The position numbers were made by a program, and so were the translations under genes. A DNA stretch of 59,792 nt from Flavobacteriales bacterium (GTDB taxonomy: Bacteria; Bacteroidota; Bacteroidia; NS11-12g; UBA955): positions 1 to 59,792 of the forward strand of contig CANKVM010000003.1 of assembly GCA_947487175.1 (NCBI GenBank). Direction: 5' to 3'. The notes below the pieces were generated by a model, which did no database searches, was not told the DNA's origin, and saw only the letters and a program-made list of their open reading frames with translations. How positions within the stretch are numbered: position 1 is the first letter of the stretch; the number at the start of each line of letters is the position of its first letter. This document shows, in pieces, positions 51,225-59,792 of this stretch.

Positions 51225-53026
51225 TGCGGTTAAAATTCTATATCCTTTTTGTTCCGCTCATTTTTTGGGCAAATATTGCTTGTTCACAGAATAAAAGTGA
51301 GCTAGCGAATAATTTATATGAACAAAATGAATATGAAAAAGCAACTTTTATCTATGAAGATTTAGCTTCCGAAAATCCAGATCAACAAATTTATTATGAC
51401 AGATATGTGCAATGTCTGGTAAAAACAAATAATCAGAAAAAAGCAGTAAAATTCATTCGTAAAAAATCCAAAAAACAGCCGGATCCATTGAATTACATGG
51501 TAGATGAATGTTGGGTTTTGAGTACTGATAAAAATACGGAAAACGAAAGCAAAAAACTCTTTGATTTTATTAGTGAGAAAATCAAAAATGATTACGGTAC
51601 TCTCATGCTAGCTGCCGATTTATTTGAACAACACAATCTCAATGATTACGCCATAAAACTCCTTCAAGAAGGGGAAAATATTTTTGGATCTACATCAGAT
51701 ATTACCAACCGATTGGCTAATTTGTATTTAACAAATGGTCAGCGAATCAAAGCAATGGAAAGGTATTTAACTTTGATGATTCAAAGCAATATTCCGTTTG
51801 AACAATTTAAACAGGTTTTCGAATCCAACATTACAGACAGTGCCGACTTTGTTGCATTGCAACAACTTTTAATTGTTAAAATTCAAGAAAATCCCAATGT
51901 TTATTCGTTGAATGATTGGTTAAAATGGTCATTTATTAAACAGCAAGATTGGAACAATGCATTCATATTCACCAAAGCAATCGATTCAAAACTGAATGAA
52001 GATGGCAAACGATTGTTTGATTTAGGAATATTATGTGCTTCCAACAACGAACTTGATATTGCATTAAAATGTTTCGATTATTGCATAAAACTTGAACAGA
52101 ATAGCCATGACCCAAATTTGGTAATGTCTTATTATCTAAATACAAAATATCAAATATTAAGCAAATCAAATCCCTCACCTGAAGAATGGAATCAACTTTT
52201 ACTCGAACTTACAAAGTTCGAAACTGAAAATGGACCATCTTCAGAAACTTTACCAATTGCTCAAAATTTGGCCAATATTTATATTCAGCGCAAAAACAAT
52301 CCAACAGAAGCAGTTAGCATGTTGCAGAAATATGTGGGCAACACAACTCTCGACAAAAAAGTATTGGCTAATGCAAAAATTTCTTTGGCAAAAGCAGAAA
52401 TCGCAAATAATGAAATGTGGAAAAGCGAATTGCTTTTGGCTCAAGTTGAAAAAGATTTTTCTGAAGAAGCATTAGGGCAACAAGCCAAATTTTACCGATC
52501 CGAATTAAGCTTCTTCCGCGGTGATTATGATTGGGCTTCCATGCAACTAGATGTTTTGAAAGATGCGACTACCCAATTAATTTCTAACGATGCCATGGAA
52601 TTGGCGCTTTGTATCACGGATAATGTTGGCGCCGACAGCAATTACACTCCCCTTCAACTTTATTCTAAAGCTTTGCTTTTTCAAAGGCAAATTAGATTTG
52701 ATAGCGCCATTTTCTATGCCGAAAAAATTAGAAACGATTTCCAAGGTCATAGTTTAACTGATGAAATATTGCTTTTAAAAGCAAGAATTTACGAGAGTCA
52801 AGAAAATTATCAAAAAGCTGTTGATACCTATGAAACCTTGGCAATTGCCTTTTCCCACGATATTTTAGCCGATAATGCACTTTTTGCATTGGGAAACCTT
52901 TATCAGTACAAATTAAAGAATTCCGAAAAAGCCATTCAAACCTATAAGAAAATTATTGAAAATCATTCAAATAGCATTTTTATTACCGAAGCAAGAAAAG
53001 AATATAGAAAACTGCGTGGTTTTTAA
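51224..53026 (+). CDS. Exported tetratricopeptide-repeat protein
   Basis: Signal peptide (possible IAC lipobox); TPR helices; LISNDAMEL...DN; ATG overlaps the ABC stop. Confidence 0.75.
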   Translation: MRLKFYILFVPLIFWANIACSQNKSELANNLYEQNEYEKATFIYEDLASENPDQQIYYDRYVQCLVKTNNQKKAVKFIRKKSKKQPDPLNYMVDECWVLSTDKNTENESKKLFDFISEKIKNDYGTLMLAADLFEQHNLNDYAIKLLQEGENIFGSTSDITNRLANLYLTNGQRIKAMERYLTLMIQSNIPFEQFKQVFESNITDSADFVALQQLLIVKIQENPNVYSLNDWLKWSFIKQQDWNNAFIFTKAIDSKLNEDGKRLFDLGILCASNNELDIALKCFDYCIKLEQNSHDPNLVMSYYLNTKYQILSKSNPSPEEWNQLLLELTKFETENGPSSETLPIAQNLANIYIQRKNNPTEAVSMLQKYVGNTTLDKKVLANAKISLAKAEIANNEMWKSELLLAQVEKDFSEEALGQQAKFYRSELSFFRGDYDWASMQLDVLKDATTQLISNDAMELALCITDNVGADSNYTPLQLYSKALLFQRQIRFDSAIFYAEKIRNDFQGHSLTDEILLLKARIYESQENYQKAVDTYETLAIAFSHDILADNALFALGNLYQYKLKNSEKAIQTYKKIIENHSNSIFITEARKEYRKLRGF

Positions 53027-53038
53027 GTTATTTGTAAT

Positions 53039-54298
53039 ATGATTTTAACCCATAGGAATAATTTTATTGTTTTCATTTTTCTTTTTGGGGGACTTAATTC
53101 TGCCGCGGCTCAGCTAGATAATTTTATTTTTAAACGTCAAAGCGACCTAACATACTTGAAATCGCAATATGATTTTAGACCAATAGATACTTTTGTTATA
53201 GATACTGTTGTTGCTGAATATGATTCTTTATATAATCAGAAAATAAAGAATTCTAAATCTCAAAATCAAGAAATACGCATAAATAGAAGCGGATTCAGCT
53301 TCGGGAATATGATGTATTCCAAAAACAATGAATATGGCGAAAACAACAATCCGGGTCAAACTTTCTTTGGTAATCAATTGTGGTTTGGTGGCAAAGTATA
53401 TTTTACACAAAACTTATCTGGCAGCTTAGGATTGTTCTTGCAATACGATTTCGGGGACAATAAATTTCCAAGCAAAACATTGCCTATTTTTAACATTGAA
53501 TACAAAACAAAAAACTCTCAATTAATTGCAGGTACCATTTTAGGCAACTCTAATCACTACCTCATTGAACCCGTTTATAATTACGAAAACGTTTTGACCA
53601 AACCTTTAGAATACGGACTTCAATATTATACCAAAAACAAACTTTTCAATTATCAAACCTGGGTTGATTGGCGCCAATTTGCCAAAATTGCCACTTCTCA
53701 ACAAGAGATTATATCATTTGGTCAAACATTAAATATCCATTTAATAGATAGCTCAAAATATCCATTGGCGATTTCTCTTCCATCATCGTTGTTGGTTTAT
53801 CACCAAGGTGGAGAAGCATTAAATATCCCTCAAAGAATACAAACAACAATGAATGCAACGTTTGGAATAAGATTGAGCGACAAATCAAAGCATTTTAAGG
53901 CTGAATCCTTTTACCTTATTTCAAACGACCCATCTCCAACGTTAAGTCATGCATTTAAAAATGGCCAAGGATTAATGACAAACCTTACCTATTTCTTCTC
54001 TCAAAAAGAACTTTCACAACATAGAATTGTGGCAACGTATTACAAAGCAATTGAATTTTACAGCCCCTTAGGAGCTCCATTGTTTGCCAGCGAACTTCAA
54101 GGGAAACCTTATTTACAAGCTCGAAACAGAGAACTTGTCATGTTGCGCTACCAATATGAAAATATGTTTCAATTGCCAAATTTATCGAACCTTACGCTCG
54201 ATATTCGCATTGAACCTATTTACCACCTTCAAGACAAGCTATTTGCTTTTTCAACCGGGATATATTTAAAATATACCATTGGCAACAACATCAATTAA
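53039..54298 (+). CDS. Hypothetical outer-membrane beta-barrel-like protein
   Basis: Signal peptide ending AAA-Q; alternating aromatic strands such as GIYLKY near the C-terminus. Confidence 0.55.
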   Translation: MILTHRNNFIVFIFLFGGLNSAAAQLDNFIFKRQSDLTYLKSQYDFRPIDTFVIDTVVAEYDSLYNQKIKNSKSQNQEIRINRSGFSFGNMMYSKNNEYGENNNPGQTFFGNQLWFGGKVYFTQNLSGSLGLFLQYDFGDNKFPSKTLPIFNIEYKTKNSQLIAGTILGNSNHYLIEPVYNYENVLTKPLEYGLQYYTKNKLFNYQTWVDWRQFAKIATSQQEIISFGQTLNIHLIDSSKYPLAISLPSSLLVYHQGGEALNIPQRIQTTMNATFGIRLSDKSKHFKAESFYLISNDPSPTLSHAFKNGQGLMTNLTYFFSQKELSQHRIVATYYKAIEFYSPLGAPLFASELQGKPYLQARNRELVMLRYQYENMFQLPNLSNLTLDIRIEPIYHLQDKLFAFSTGIYLKYTIGNNIN

Positions 54299-55505
54299 AA
54301 AGATAGGTCAATCCAAACTCTGCAAAGTCTGCAATGGTTTTGTTGGCTTTTAAACGCACTACGGCTTTGTAATTTGAATTAATTGCATAACTGCACCCAA
54401 TTCCCTCGAAATAGGCCGTTTTCTTCTTAAAATCGGGCTTATATAAGTAAATACCAAAATCGGTGATGATACCGAATTTGCCAAATCGGGTTTCATAACC
54501 AGCAGAAACGGTAATTTCAGAAGTTCCAGCAAAACTATAATTAGGCATTTTGTCAAATTTCTTGAATTGATAAGTCCTGTCATGGAAATAGGAAATAGCA
54601 TATCTAAAATTACTTTTTTTACTTATCCAATTTTCTAGTGCAAATTCTAAAACTCCATTAAAAAATACCCTGTCATCGTCCAAATCGATTTCCTTTTTAC
54701 CCAAACGGATTGAAACTGATTTTCGCCAAGGTAAAAACGATAATTGTTGGTTTAATTGTTTTTGTTTGTCTAAATTTTTTATTGAGGGACATGAATTCAG
54801 TGGGTAGCCAATACCAACTTGGAAATAAGGCAAATTCACTCCCAAATTTGGAAATTTCCAACAAGCATTTGAAAAGTGAGCCAATCCAAACTCTAAAAAC
54901 ATCATAGAATTTTTATAAATATTCTTTTCAATACTTAAGCCTAATTGCATATAACCGTTTATATGACTTCCGATGGCTCTATTCTCAGAATTTGTAATTG
55001 CATCATATTTCTGAGTTAAATACCCCAAACCCAATGCTAATTTTAAACTACTTCTCCAATCAATTTTATTTCCCTTATTGCCCATCAAATCAGTAGATAT
55101 AAGTAATCCCCCTGAAAACGCCTTACCAGAAATATTTGTACCCAAATCAATAGCGGAAAAGACAAAACCCAAACGTTGGGCATATTTTATACTCCCAGTT
55201 TTGAATTTTTTATTGTTCTCCCAAGTTAAATCTGTAGATAAATACTGAAGTTGTACCCCTTGAATGTGGGCATACATTTGTTGCATATCTTCATGGTGAG
55301 GCATTAAAAAGCCTTTCATGATACCAACAGATAAGTGATTGGTAATTCTATTTTGGGATAAATCAGAATTTCCTAATTCAATTCTATTTTCGAATTGAGT
55401 TCCACCTAAATCTGATGAGTCAATGCTTATTGTTTTCGCTATAACGAATTGAGCAGAAAATAAAAGCCAAAAAAAAAGGCCTATATAAATAAGCCTTTTT
55501 TTCAT
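54291..55505 (-). CDS. Acyloxyacyl hydrolase / PagL-like lipid A deacylase-family outer-membrane protein
   Basis: N.AIGS and HFSNA...PNLGVN (PagL-type His-Ser motif); signal peptide. Confidence 0.7.
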   Translation of the reverse strand: MKKRLIYIGLFFWLLFSAQFVIAKTISIDSSDLGGTQFENRIELGNSDLSQNRITNHLSVGIMKGFLMPHHEDMQQMYAHIQGVQLQYLSTDLTWENNKKFKTGSIKYAQRLGFVFSAIDLGTNISGKAFSGGLLISTDLMGNKGNKIDWRSSLKLALGLGYLTQKYDAITNSENRAIGSHINGYMQLGLSIEKNIYKNSMMFLEFGLAHFSNACWKFPNLGVNLPYFQVGIGYPLNSCPSIKNLDKQKQLNQQLSFLPWRKSVSIRLGKKEIDLDDDRVFFNGVLEFALENWISKKSNFRYAISYFHDRTYQFKKFDKMPNYSFAGTSEITVSAGYETRFGKFGIITDFGIYLYKPDFKKKTAYFEGIGCSYAINSNYKAVVRLKANKTIADFAEFGLTYLFN

Positions 55506-55957
55506 TATTGTCTTGTTTTATCGGTTGCGAGAACCATTCGAATACCCAAATTGGCACCAATTTCCATAACATCAACCATTTGTTGAATGGTAAGTGCTTT
55601 ATCCAAACGCAATACTACATTCAATCTATTGTCGGGATTCGCAGCATCAAAAGATTGATCTCTTCTTGTCTTTAATCTCTCTGTTAATATAGTTAAACCA
55701 ACAGGTTCTTTTTCGCTATCAATAAAGTATAAAACTTGGGTTTTGGTTGCATCGTTTTCATCAAACTTTACCGTTAAAATAAACGGTTTAGTTTGTACTG
55801 TTGAAGTTGTTTTTGCTTGTGGCAACATAATCTTAATTACGTTGGGATTTGCAAGCGTACTTGCAATCAAGAAAAACAACATCAAGAAAAACATGATGTC
55901 ACTTAACGACGATGATTCAACTTCTGCCTCTTCTCTTTTACGGCGTCCGAGTTTCAT
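55505..55957 (-). CDS. exbD: ExbD/TolR family protein
   Basis: SLSDIMFFLMLFF TM with conserved Asp; LPQA; LRLDK. Confidence 0.88.
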   Translation of the reverse strand: MKLGRRKREEAEVESSSLSDIMFFLMLFFLIASTLANPNVIKIMLPQAKTTSTVQTKPFILTVKFDENDATKTQVLYFIDSEKEPVGLTILTERLKTRRDQSFDAANPDNRLNVVLRLDKALTIQQMVDVMEIGANLGIRMVLATDKTRQ

Positions 55958-55962
55958 AAGCC

Positions 55963-56676
55963 TTAAATATTAGACTTTGTTAATACTTCAAGTAAATTCA
56001 AACTTTGCTCTTGCAATCTCTCTGCAAACCTATCAATTCTCCTCATGAATAACTGATATCCCAAGAAAGAAATAATACCCACCACTAAACCAGCGAAACT
56101 GGCTACCATCTTCACATATAAACCTTCAGATATAGAAGCAATACTCAAATCATTCGATTGTGCAATTGAATAAAAGATGTTAATCACACCCCAAATGGTT
56201 CCTACGAAACCCAACATCGGTGCAATTCTTGAAATCAAACTTAAATAGGTTAAATTGCTTTCCATCGCACTCAATTCAACACTTGCTTTGGTTTCCATAG
56301 CACTTTCAATTTCTCTCATGTTGCTACCTAAAAAACGCAATCCTGTTGAAATCATTTGAGCTTGCGCAGTTGGAACCCTATCGCAGTATGCCAAGGCAGC
56401 ATCTGGTCTGTTCTCTCTCAAATTATCTTTGATAACATTAATCAAATTATCGTCAATTTTTGCACGTTTGTTTAAGTAAATAAAACGCTCCACCATAAAG
56501 TAAATGGAAAGAACTAAGCAAAAACCCAATATTCCCATAACAAAGCCACCTTTAGCCATCATTTCCAATATTGGAGCAGAAACATGCTCTACGGTTGTTG
56601 CTTTTGCACCTGCAACTGGTTCATTTACCGCCGCAACACTAGCAGCTTGTAGTAAAATGTTAAGTAAAAACATCAT
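55963..56676 (-). CDS. exbB: MotA/TolQ/ExbB proton channel
   Basis: APMLGFVGT.WG; ISEGLY.KMV.S.AGL. Confidence 0.88.
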   Translation of the reverse strand: MMFLLNILLQAASVAAVNEPVAGAKATTVEHVSAPILEMMAKGGFVMGILGFCLVLSIYFMVERFIYLNKRAKIDDNLINVIKDNLRENRPDAALAYCDRVPTAQAQMISTGLRFLGSNMREIESAMETKASVELSAMESNLTYLSLISRIAPMLGFVGTIWGVINIFYSIAQSNDLSIASISEGLYVKMVASFAGLVVGIISFLGYQLFMRRIDRFAERLQEQSLNLLEVLTKSNI

Positions 56677-56748
56677 ATCATGCGAATTAAGGTTTGAATG
56701 ATTAGATTAACGAATGTTTGATGTAAAAATTATCCCCAAAGAAATGCA

Positions 56749-57354
56749 CTATTTCATTTCTGTGACACCACCACTTAAAATAAACTTGGTAATATCACCA
56801 GAATCAATATCTAATTTAACAACTTTTTCTTTTCGCACAACAAGAATTTCCCCTGATATAGCATAGCTATTAGGGAAATAGACTGCACAAAATCCAGGCA
56901 TCCCAAATTCTTCCATATCCTTCTGGGTTAAAAATCCAATTCTGTAGACATTGTCAGAAATTTCAACTTTTACAGCAACAGTGAATTTTTTATTTTCACC
57001 CACAAAAGCCTGTGTCATGTCTTTGGTTGTTCCAAAAATCCAATTTAATCCGGGCGCTTTTTCAATAATTCCTTCAAGAAATTCCAAAATTTGCTTTGCA
57101 ACAACACCCTCTGTGAATTTACCAATGAAAGTAATGGCAACAATACCTAAAATCAAATATAAAAATACAGCACCAAAACTCAATTTGTCTAGGTGTAAAA
57201 ATGAACCTAAAATTTGCAATACCCATATCAATATGCTCACAGTCAATGCAATTGGCAAGACTACCAATAATCCCCTCAAGAATAAATTCAACATTTTTCT
57301 TGCAGGCGGTTTCATTCGCCTATTGATTTGGTCATCAAATTGATTCATTTTCAT
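56749..57354 (-). CDS. DUF502 membrane protein
   Basis: GLLVVLP..LT, GFLT, VYFP.SY..SG, FILSGG. Confidence 0.85.
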   Translation of the reverse strand: MKMNQFDDQINRRMKPPARKMLNLFLRGLLVVLPIALTVSILIWVLQILGSFLHLDKLSFGAVFLYLILGIVAITFIGKFTEGVVAKQILEFLEGIIEKAPGLNWIFGTTKDMTQAFVGENKKFTVAVKVEISDNVYRIGFLTQKDMEEFGMPGFCAVYFPNSYAISGEILVVRKEKVVKLDIDSGDITKFILSGGVTEMK

Positions 57355-58642
57355 ACTTTAACAAATCTAGTCCAATATCTCTACGATAGAATTTTCCATC
57401 AAAATTAATTAATTCAGCCAATTCATTTGAATCAGATAAAGCCGATTTAATATCAGAATTTAAAGAAGTTACAGCTATTACCCTTCCGCCATTGGTAACA
57501 ATTTCACCGTTGGTTAATTTTGTTCCAGCATGGTAAATAAATTGATTTTCTTTATTCTTAGTTTCATCAATTTGAATTATTTTGCCTTTCTCAATATCTC
57601 CTGGATATCCTCCAGAAACCAAAAATATAGTTGCCGCTGTTCTGTTGTCAATTTCCAACGCCAATTGATCTACTCCACCATCTGCAATAGCCAATAACAT
57701 CTCAATCATATCGGTTTTTAAACGAGGGAAAATGGCCTCCGTTTCAGGATCTCCCATTCTCACATTATATTCAATAACTTTTGGCTGACCCGCAACATTC
57801 ATCAATCCCAAAAACAAAAATCCTTTAAATGGATTTCCTTCTTTCCTCAATCCTTCAAAAGTGGGCTTAATGATTTCATTTTCAACTTTTGACATAAAAA
57901 CTTCGTCGGCAAATGGCACTGGACTAATTGCGCCCATTCCGCCCGTGTTTGGACCTAAATCGCCGTCAAAAATTCTTTTGTAATCTTTGGCAGAAGCCAA
58001 AATTCTATAATTTTCACCATCGCCAATGGCGAATACGGAAATTTCAATTCCATCTAAAAACTCCTCAATGACTACTGATTTTGAGGCAGATCCAAACATC
58101 CCCCCTAAAATCATTTCATTTAATGTATCTACTGCCTCTTGAAAGTTAGAAGTAATGATAACACCCTTCCCAGCAGCCAAGCCATCGGCTTTCAATACAT
58201 AAGGAGGGGTTAACGTTTTTAAATAATCTTCAGATTCGTGAATATTCGTTGCATCAAAAGTTTTGTATAATGCTGTTGGAATTGCATTCTTAACCATAAA
58301 TGCTTTCGCAAAATCTTTACTTCCTTCTAATTGCGCACAAAATTTATTCGGACCAGCTACCTTTATAGAAGTTCCAAACTCAAGATTTTTTGACTCAATA
58401 AAATCAACAATTCCCGCAACCAATGGGTCTTCATTTCCAGGTATTAGTAAATCAATTTTATTTTCAACGCAAAATGAATAAACCTCATCCAACTTTAATG
58501 GATTCAAGTCAACGTTTTCACCGCAATTTGAAGTCCCAGCATTGCCAGGTGCAATAAATAATCTTGAAAAATGTTTACTCTGGTTAATAGCGCGCGAAAA
58601 AGCATGCTCTCTACCACCAGATCCTAATAAAAGTATATTCAC
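57335..58642 (-). CDS. purD: Phosphoribosylamine--glycine ligase
   Basis: GSGGREHA, LEGSK.FAK, KADGLAAGKGV, GPNTGGMG, EYNVRMGDPE. Confidence 0.97.
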   Translation of the reverse strand: MNILLLGSGGREHAFSRAINQSKHFSRLFIAPGNAGTSNCGENVDLNPLKLDEVYSFCVENKIDLLIPGNEDPLVAGIVDFIESKNLEFGTSIKVAGPNKFCAQLEGSKDFAKAFMVKNAIPTALYKTFDATNIHESEDYLKTLTPPYVLKADGLAAGKGVIITSNFQEAVDTLNEMILGGMFGSASKSVVIEEFLDGIEISVFAIGDGENYRILASAKDYKRIFDGDLGPNTGGMGAISPVPFADEVFMSKVENEIIKPTFEGLRKEGNPFKGFLFLGLMNVAGQPKVIEYNVRMGDPETEAIFPRLKTDMIEMLLAIADGGVDQLALEIDNRTAATIFLVSGGYPGDIEKGKIIQIDETKNKENQFIYHAGTKLTNGEIVTNGGRVIAVTSLNSDIKSALSDSNELAELINFDGKFYRRDIGLDLLKYENESI

Positions 58643-58646
58643 AGAG

Positions 58647-58654
58647 CAAATTTA
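58647..58654 (-). promoter_or_regulatory. -7 element 4 nt before the purD GTG
   Basis: TAAATTTG-ctct-GTG. Confidence 0.65.
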
Positions 58655-58666
58655 CTCTTTAAAGAT

Positions 58667-59791
58667 TTATTCCCAAGTTTCCGGGTTAACTTTTGATAAA
58701 TCCATTGGTTTTTTAGGTTCTTTACGCTTCAGTCTTTCAACATAAGAAATTTCTTTCTCAGTTAAGAATCGCCATTTGCTTCTGCCTAACTTTATCTTAT
58801 CAAACTCACCAAACAAAACCCTATCCAATCCAGCAACTTCATATCCAAAATGTTCAAACATTCTACGAACAATTCTGTTTCTTCCGCTGTGGATTTCTAC
58901 ACCCAATACAGTTTCTTCATCTTCTTCAACCCATCCAATTTGTTCAAAAGCCATAAACCCATCTTCTAACTCAACACCTTCAACCCAAGCCAACATATGG
59001 TCTTTGGTAGGTTTTTTGTCAAGAGTAACTCTATAAACTTTCTTGATTTCAAAACTAGGATGAGTCAATTTTTGCGCAAATTCACCATCATTCGTTAGCA
59101 ACAAAACACCCGTTGTATTTCTATCCAAACGACCTACAGGGTAAATTCTTTCTTTGCCAGGCAAATCAATTAAATCTATAACTGTGTCGCGTCCTTCAGG
59201 ATCACTTGTTGTTGTTATATAACCTTTAGGCTTATTTAAAATAATATAAACGGGTTGTTCTGGAACAATTCTCTTGTCATCCACTTTTACCTCATCTCTT
59301 GGCATTACTTTACAACCCAATTCAGTTACAACCTCGCCATTTATTTTAACCAAACCTTGCTCAATCATCGAATCTGCCTCTCTTCTGCTGCACATTCCAC
59401 TATTGGCAATATAACGATTTAATCGTATTTCTTTGCTAGTAAGTTCTTTGCCTAAAGCCAATTTATCACCTGCTTGTTTAAAGTCTTTTTTACTTCCTTT
59501 AAACGCAGTTGTAATTTCAAAATCAAATTGTTTTTTCTTAGACAACGGTTTTACTGGTTTGTTATCTGCATTTTCAGGTTTATTATTTGAAAATTTAGAT
59601 TTGAACCCACCACGATTGTCTCTATTGTAACCGCCGCCTTCTGGACGTGGACCTCTATCGTATCCGCCACCTTCTGGACGTGGACCTCTATTGAATCCAC
59701 CGCCTTCTGGACGTGGACCTCTATTGAATCCACCGCCTTCTGGACGTGGACCTCTATTGAATCCACCACCTTCTGGACGTGGACCTCTATT
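58667..59791 (-). CDS. RsuA/RluB-family rRNA pseudouridine synthase with N-terminal repeat extension; start lies beyond the window
   Basis: S4 domain RLNRYIA..G.CSRR, catalytic GRLD, GRNR; frame stays open from 59545 to the window end. Confidence 0.9.
   Translation of the reverse strand, partial: NRGPRPEGGGFNRGPRPEGGGFNRGPRPEGGGFNRGPRPEGGGYDRGPRPEGGGYNRDNRGGFKSKFSNNKPENADNKPVKPLSKKKQFDFEITTAFKGSKKDFKQAGDKLALGKELTSKEIRLNRYIANSGMCSRREADSMIEQGLVKINGEVVTELGCKVMPRDEVKVDDKRIVPEQPVYIILNKPKGYITTTSDPEGRDTVIDLIDLPGKERIYPVGRLDRNTTGVLLLTNDGEFAQKLTHPSFEIKKVYRVTLDKKPTKDHMLAWVEGVELEDGFMAFEQIGWVEEDEETVLGVEIHSGRNRIVRRMFEHFGYEVAGLDRVLFGEFDKIKLGRSKWRFLTEKEISYVERLKRKEPKKPMDLSKVNPETWE
59627..59791 (-). repeat. 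33-bp coding tandem repeat, five copies visible, encoding (N/D)RGPRPEGGG(F/Y)
   Basis: Unit aatagaggtccacgtccagaagg(t/c)ggtggattc repeated head-to-tail without spacers. Confidence 0.95.
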
Positions 59792-59792
59792 G

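Noticed and set aside
59551-59769. 72-aa ORF of VDSIEVHVQKA repeats, or a possible CRISPR array
   Set aside because: It is a shadow frame of the coding 33-bp repeat; the units are contiguous with no unique spacers, and there are no cas genes.
1-59792. Mobile elements, prophage, defence systems, tRNA or rRNA
   Set aside because: I recognised no transposase, integrase, phage, cas, restriction-modification or toxin-antitoxin motifs and no tRNA cloverleaf; the GC-rich patches are explained by Gly/Arg-rich coding repeats and ffs.

Overview
Low-GC, gene-dense chromosomal window from a member of the Bacteroidota. The assignment rests on TAnnTTTG promoters, AT-rich non-Shine-Dalgarno starts, a T9SS C-terminal sorting domain and Bacteroidota-type envelope genes. 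It holds about 48 mostly housekeeping or envelope CDSs (lptB, lplA, nth, two SurA-like PPIases, obgE, leuS, iscS-iscU-iscA, mce, comA-like, polA, msrB, hflX, kynU, ftsH, two ABC exporters, comF-like, exbBD, purD and a pseudouridine synthase truncated by the window edge), a compact SRP RNA and several intrinsic terminators. I see no CRISPR array, prophage, IS element, tRNA or rRNA, and no obvious defence system. The most notable signals are: (i) a recurrent TAnnTTTG-N4-start-codon layout, calibrated by the SRP RNA promoter, that points to many leaderless mRNAs; (ii) an IscR-less isc operon with twin Fur-like boxes, a duplicated 14-nt leader element and an unannotated Cys/His-rich sORF; (iii) uncharacterised envelope modules (repeat lipoprotein plus beta-barrel; ABC-TPR-barrel); and (iv) long RGG/Pro-rich disordered extensions on two RNA enzymes. 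Family assignments come from motif recognition only; no database searches were run.
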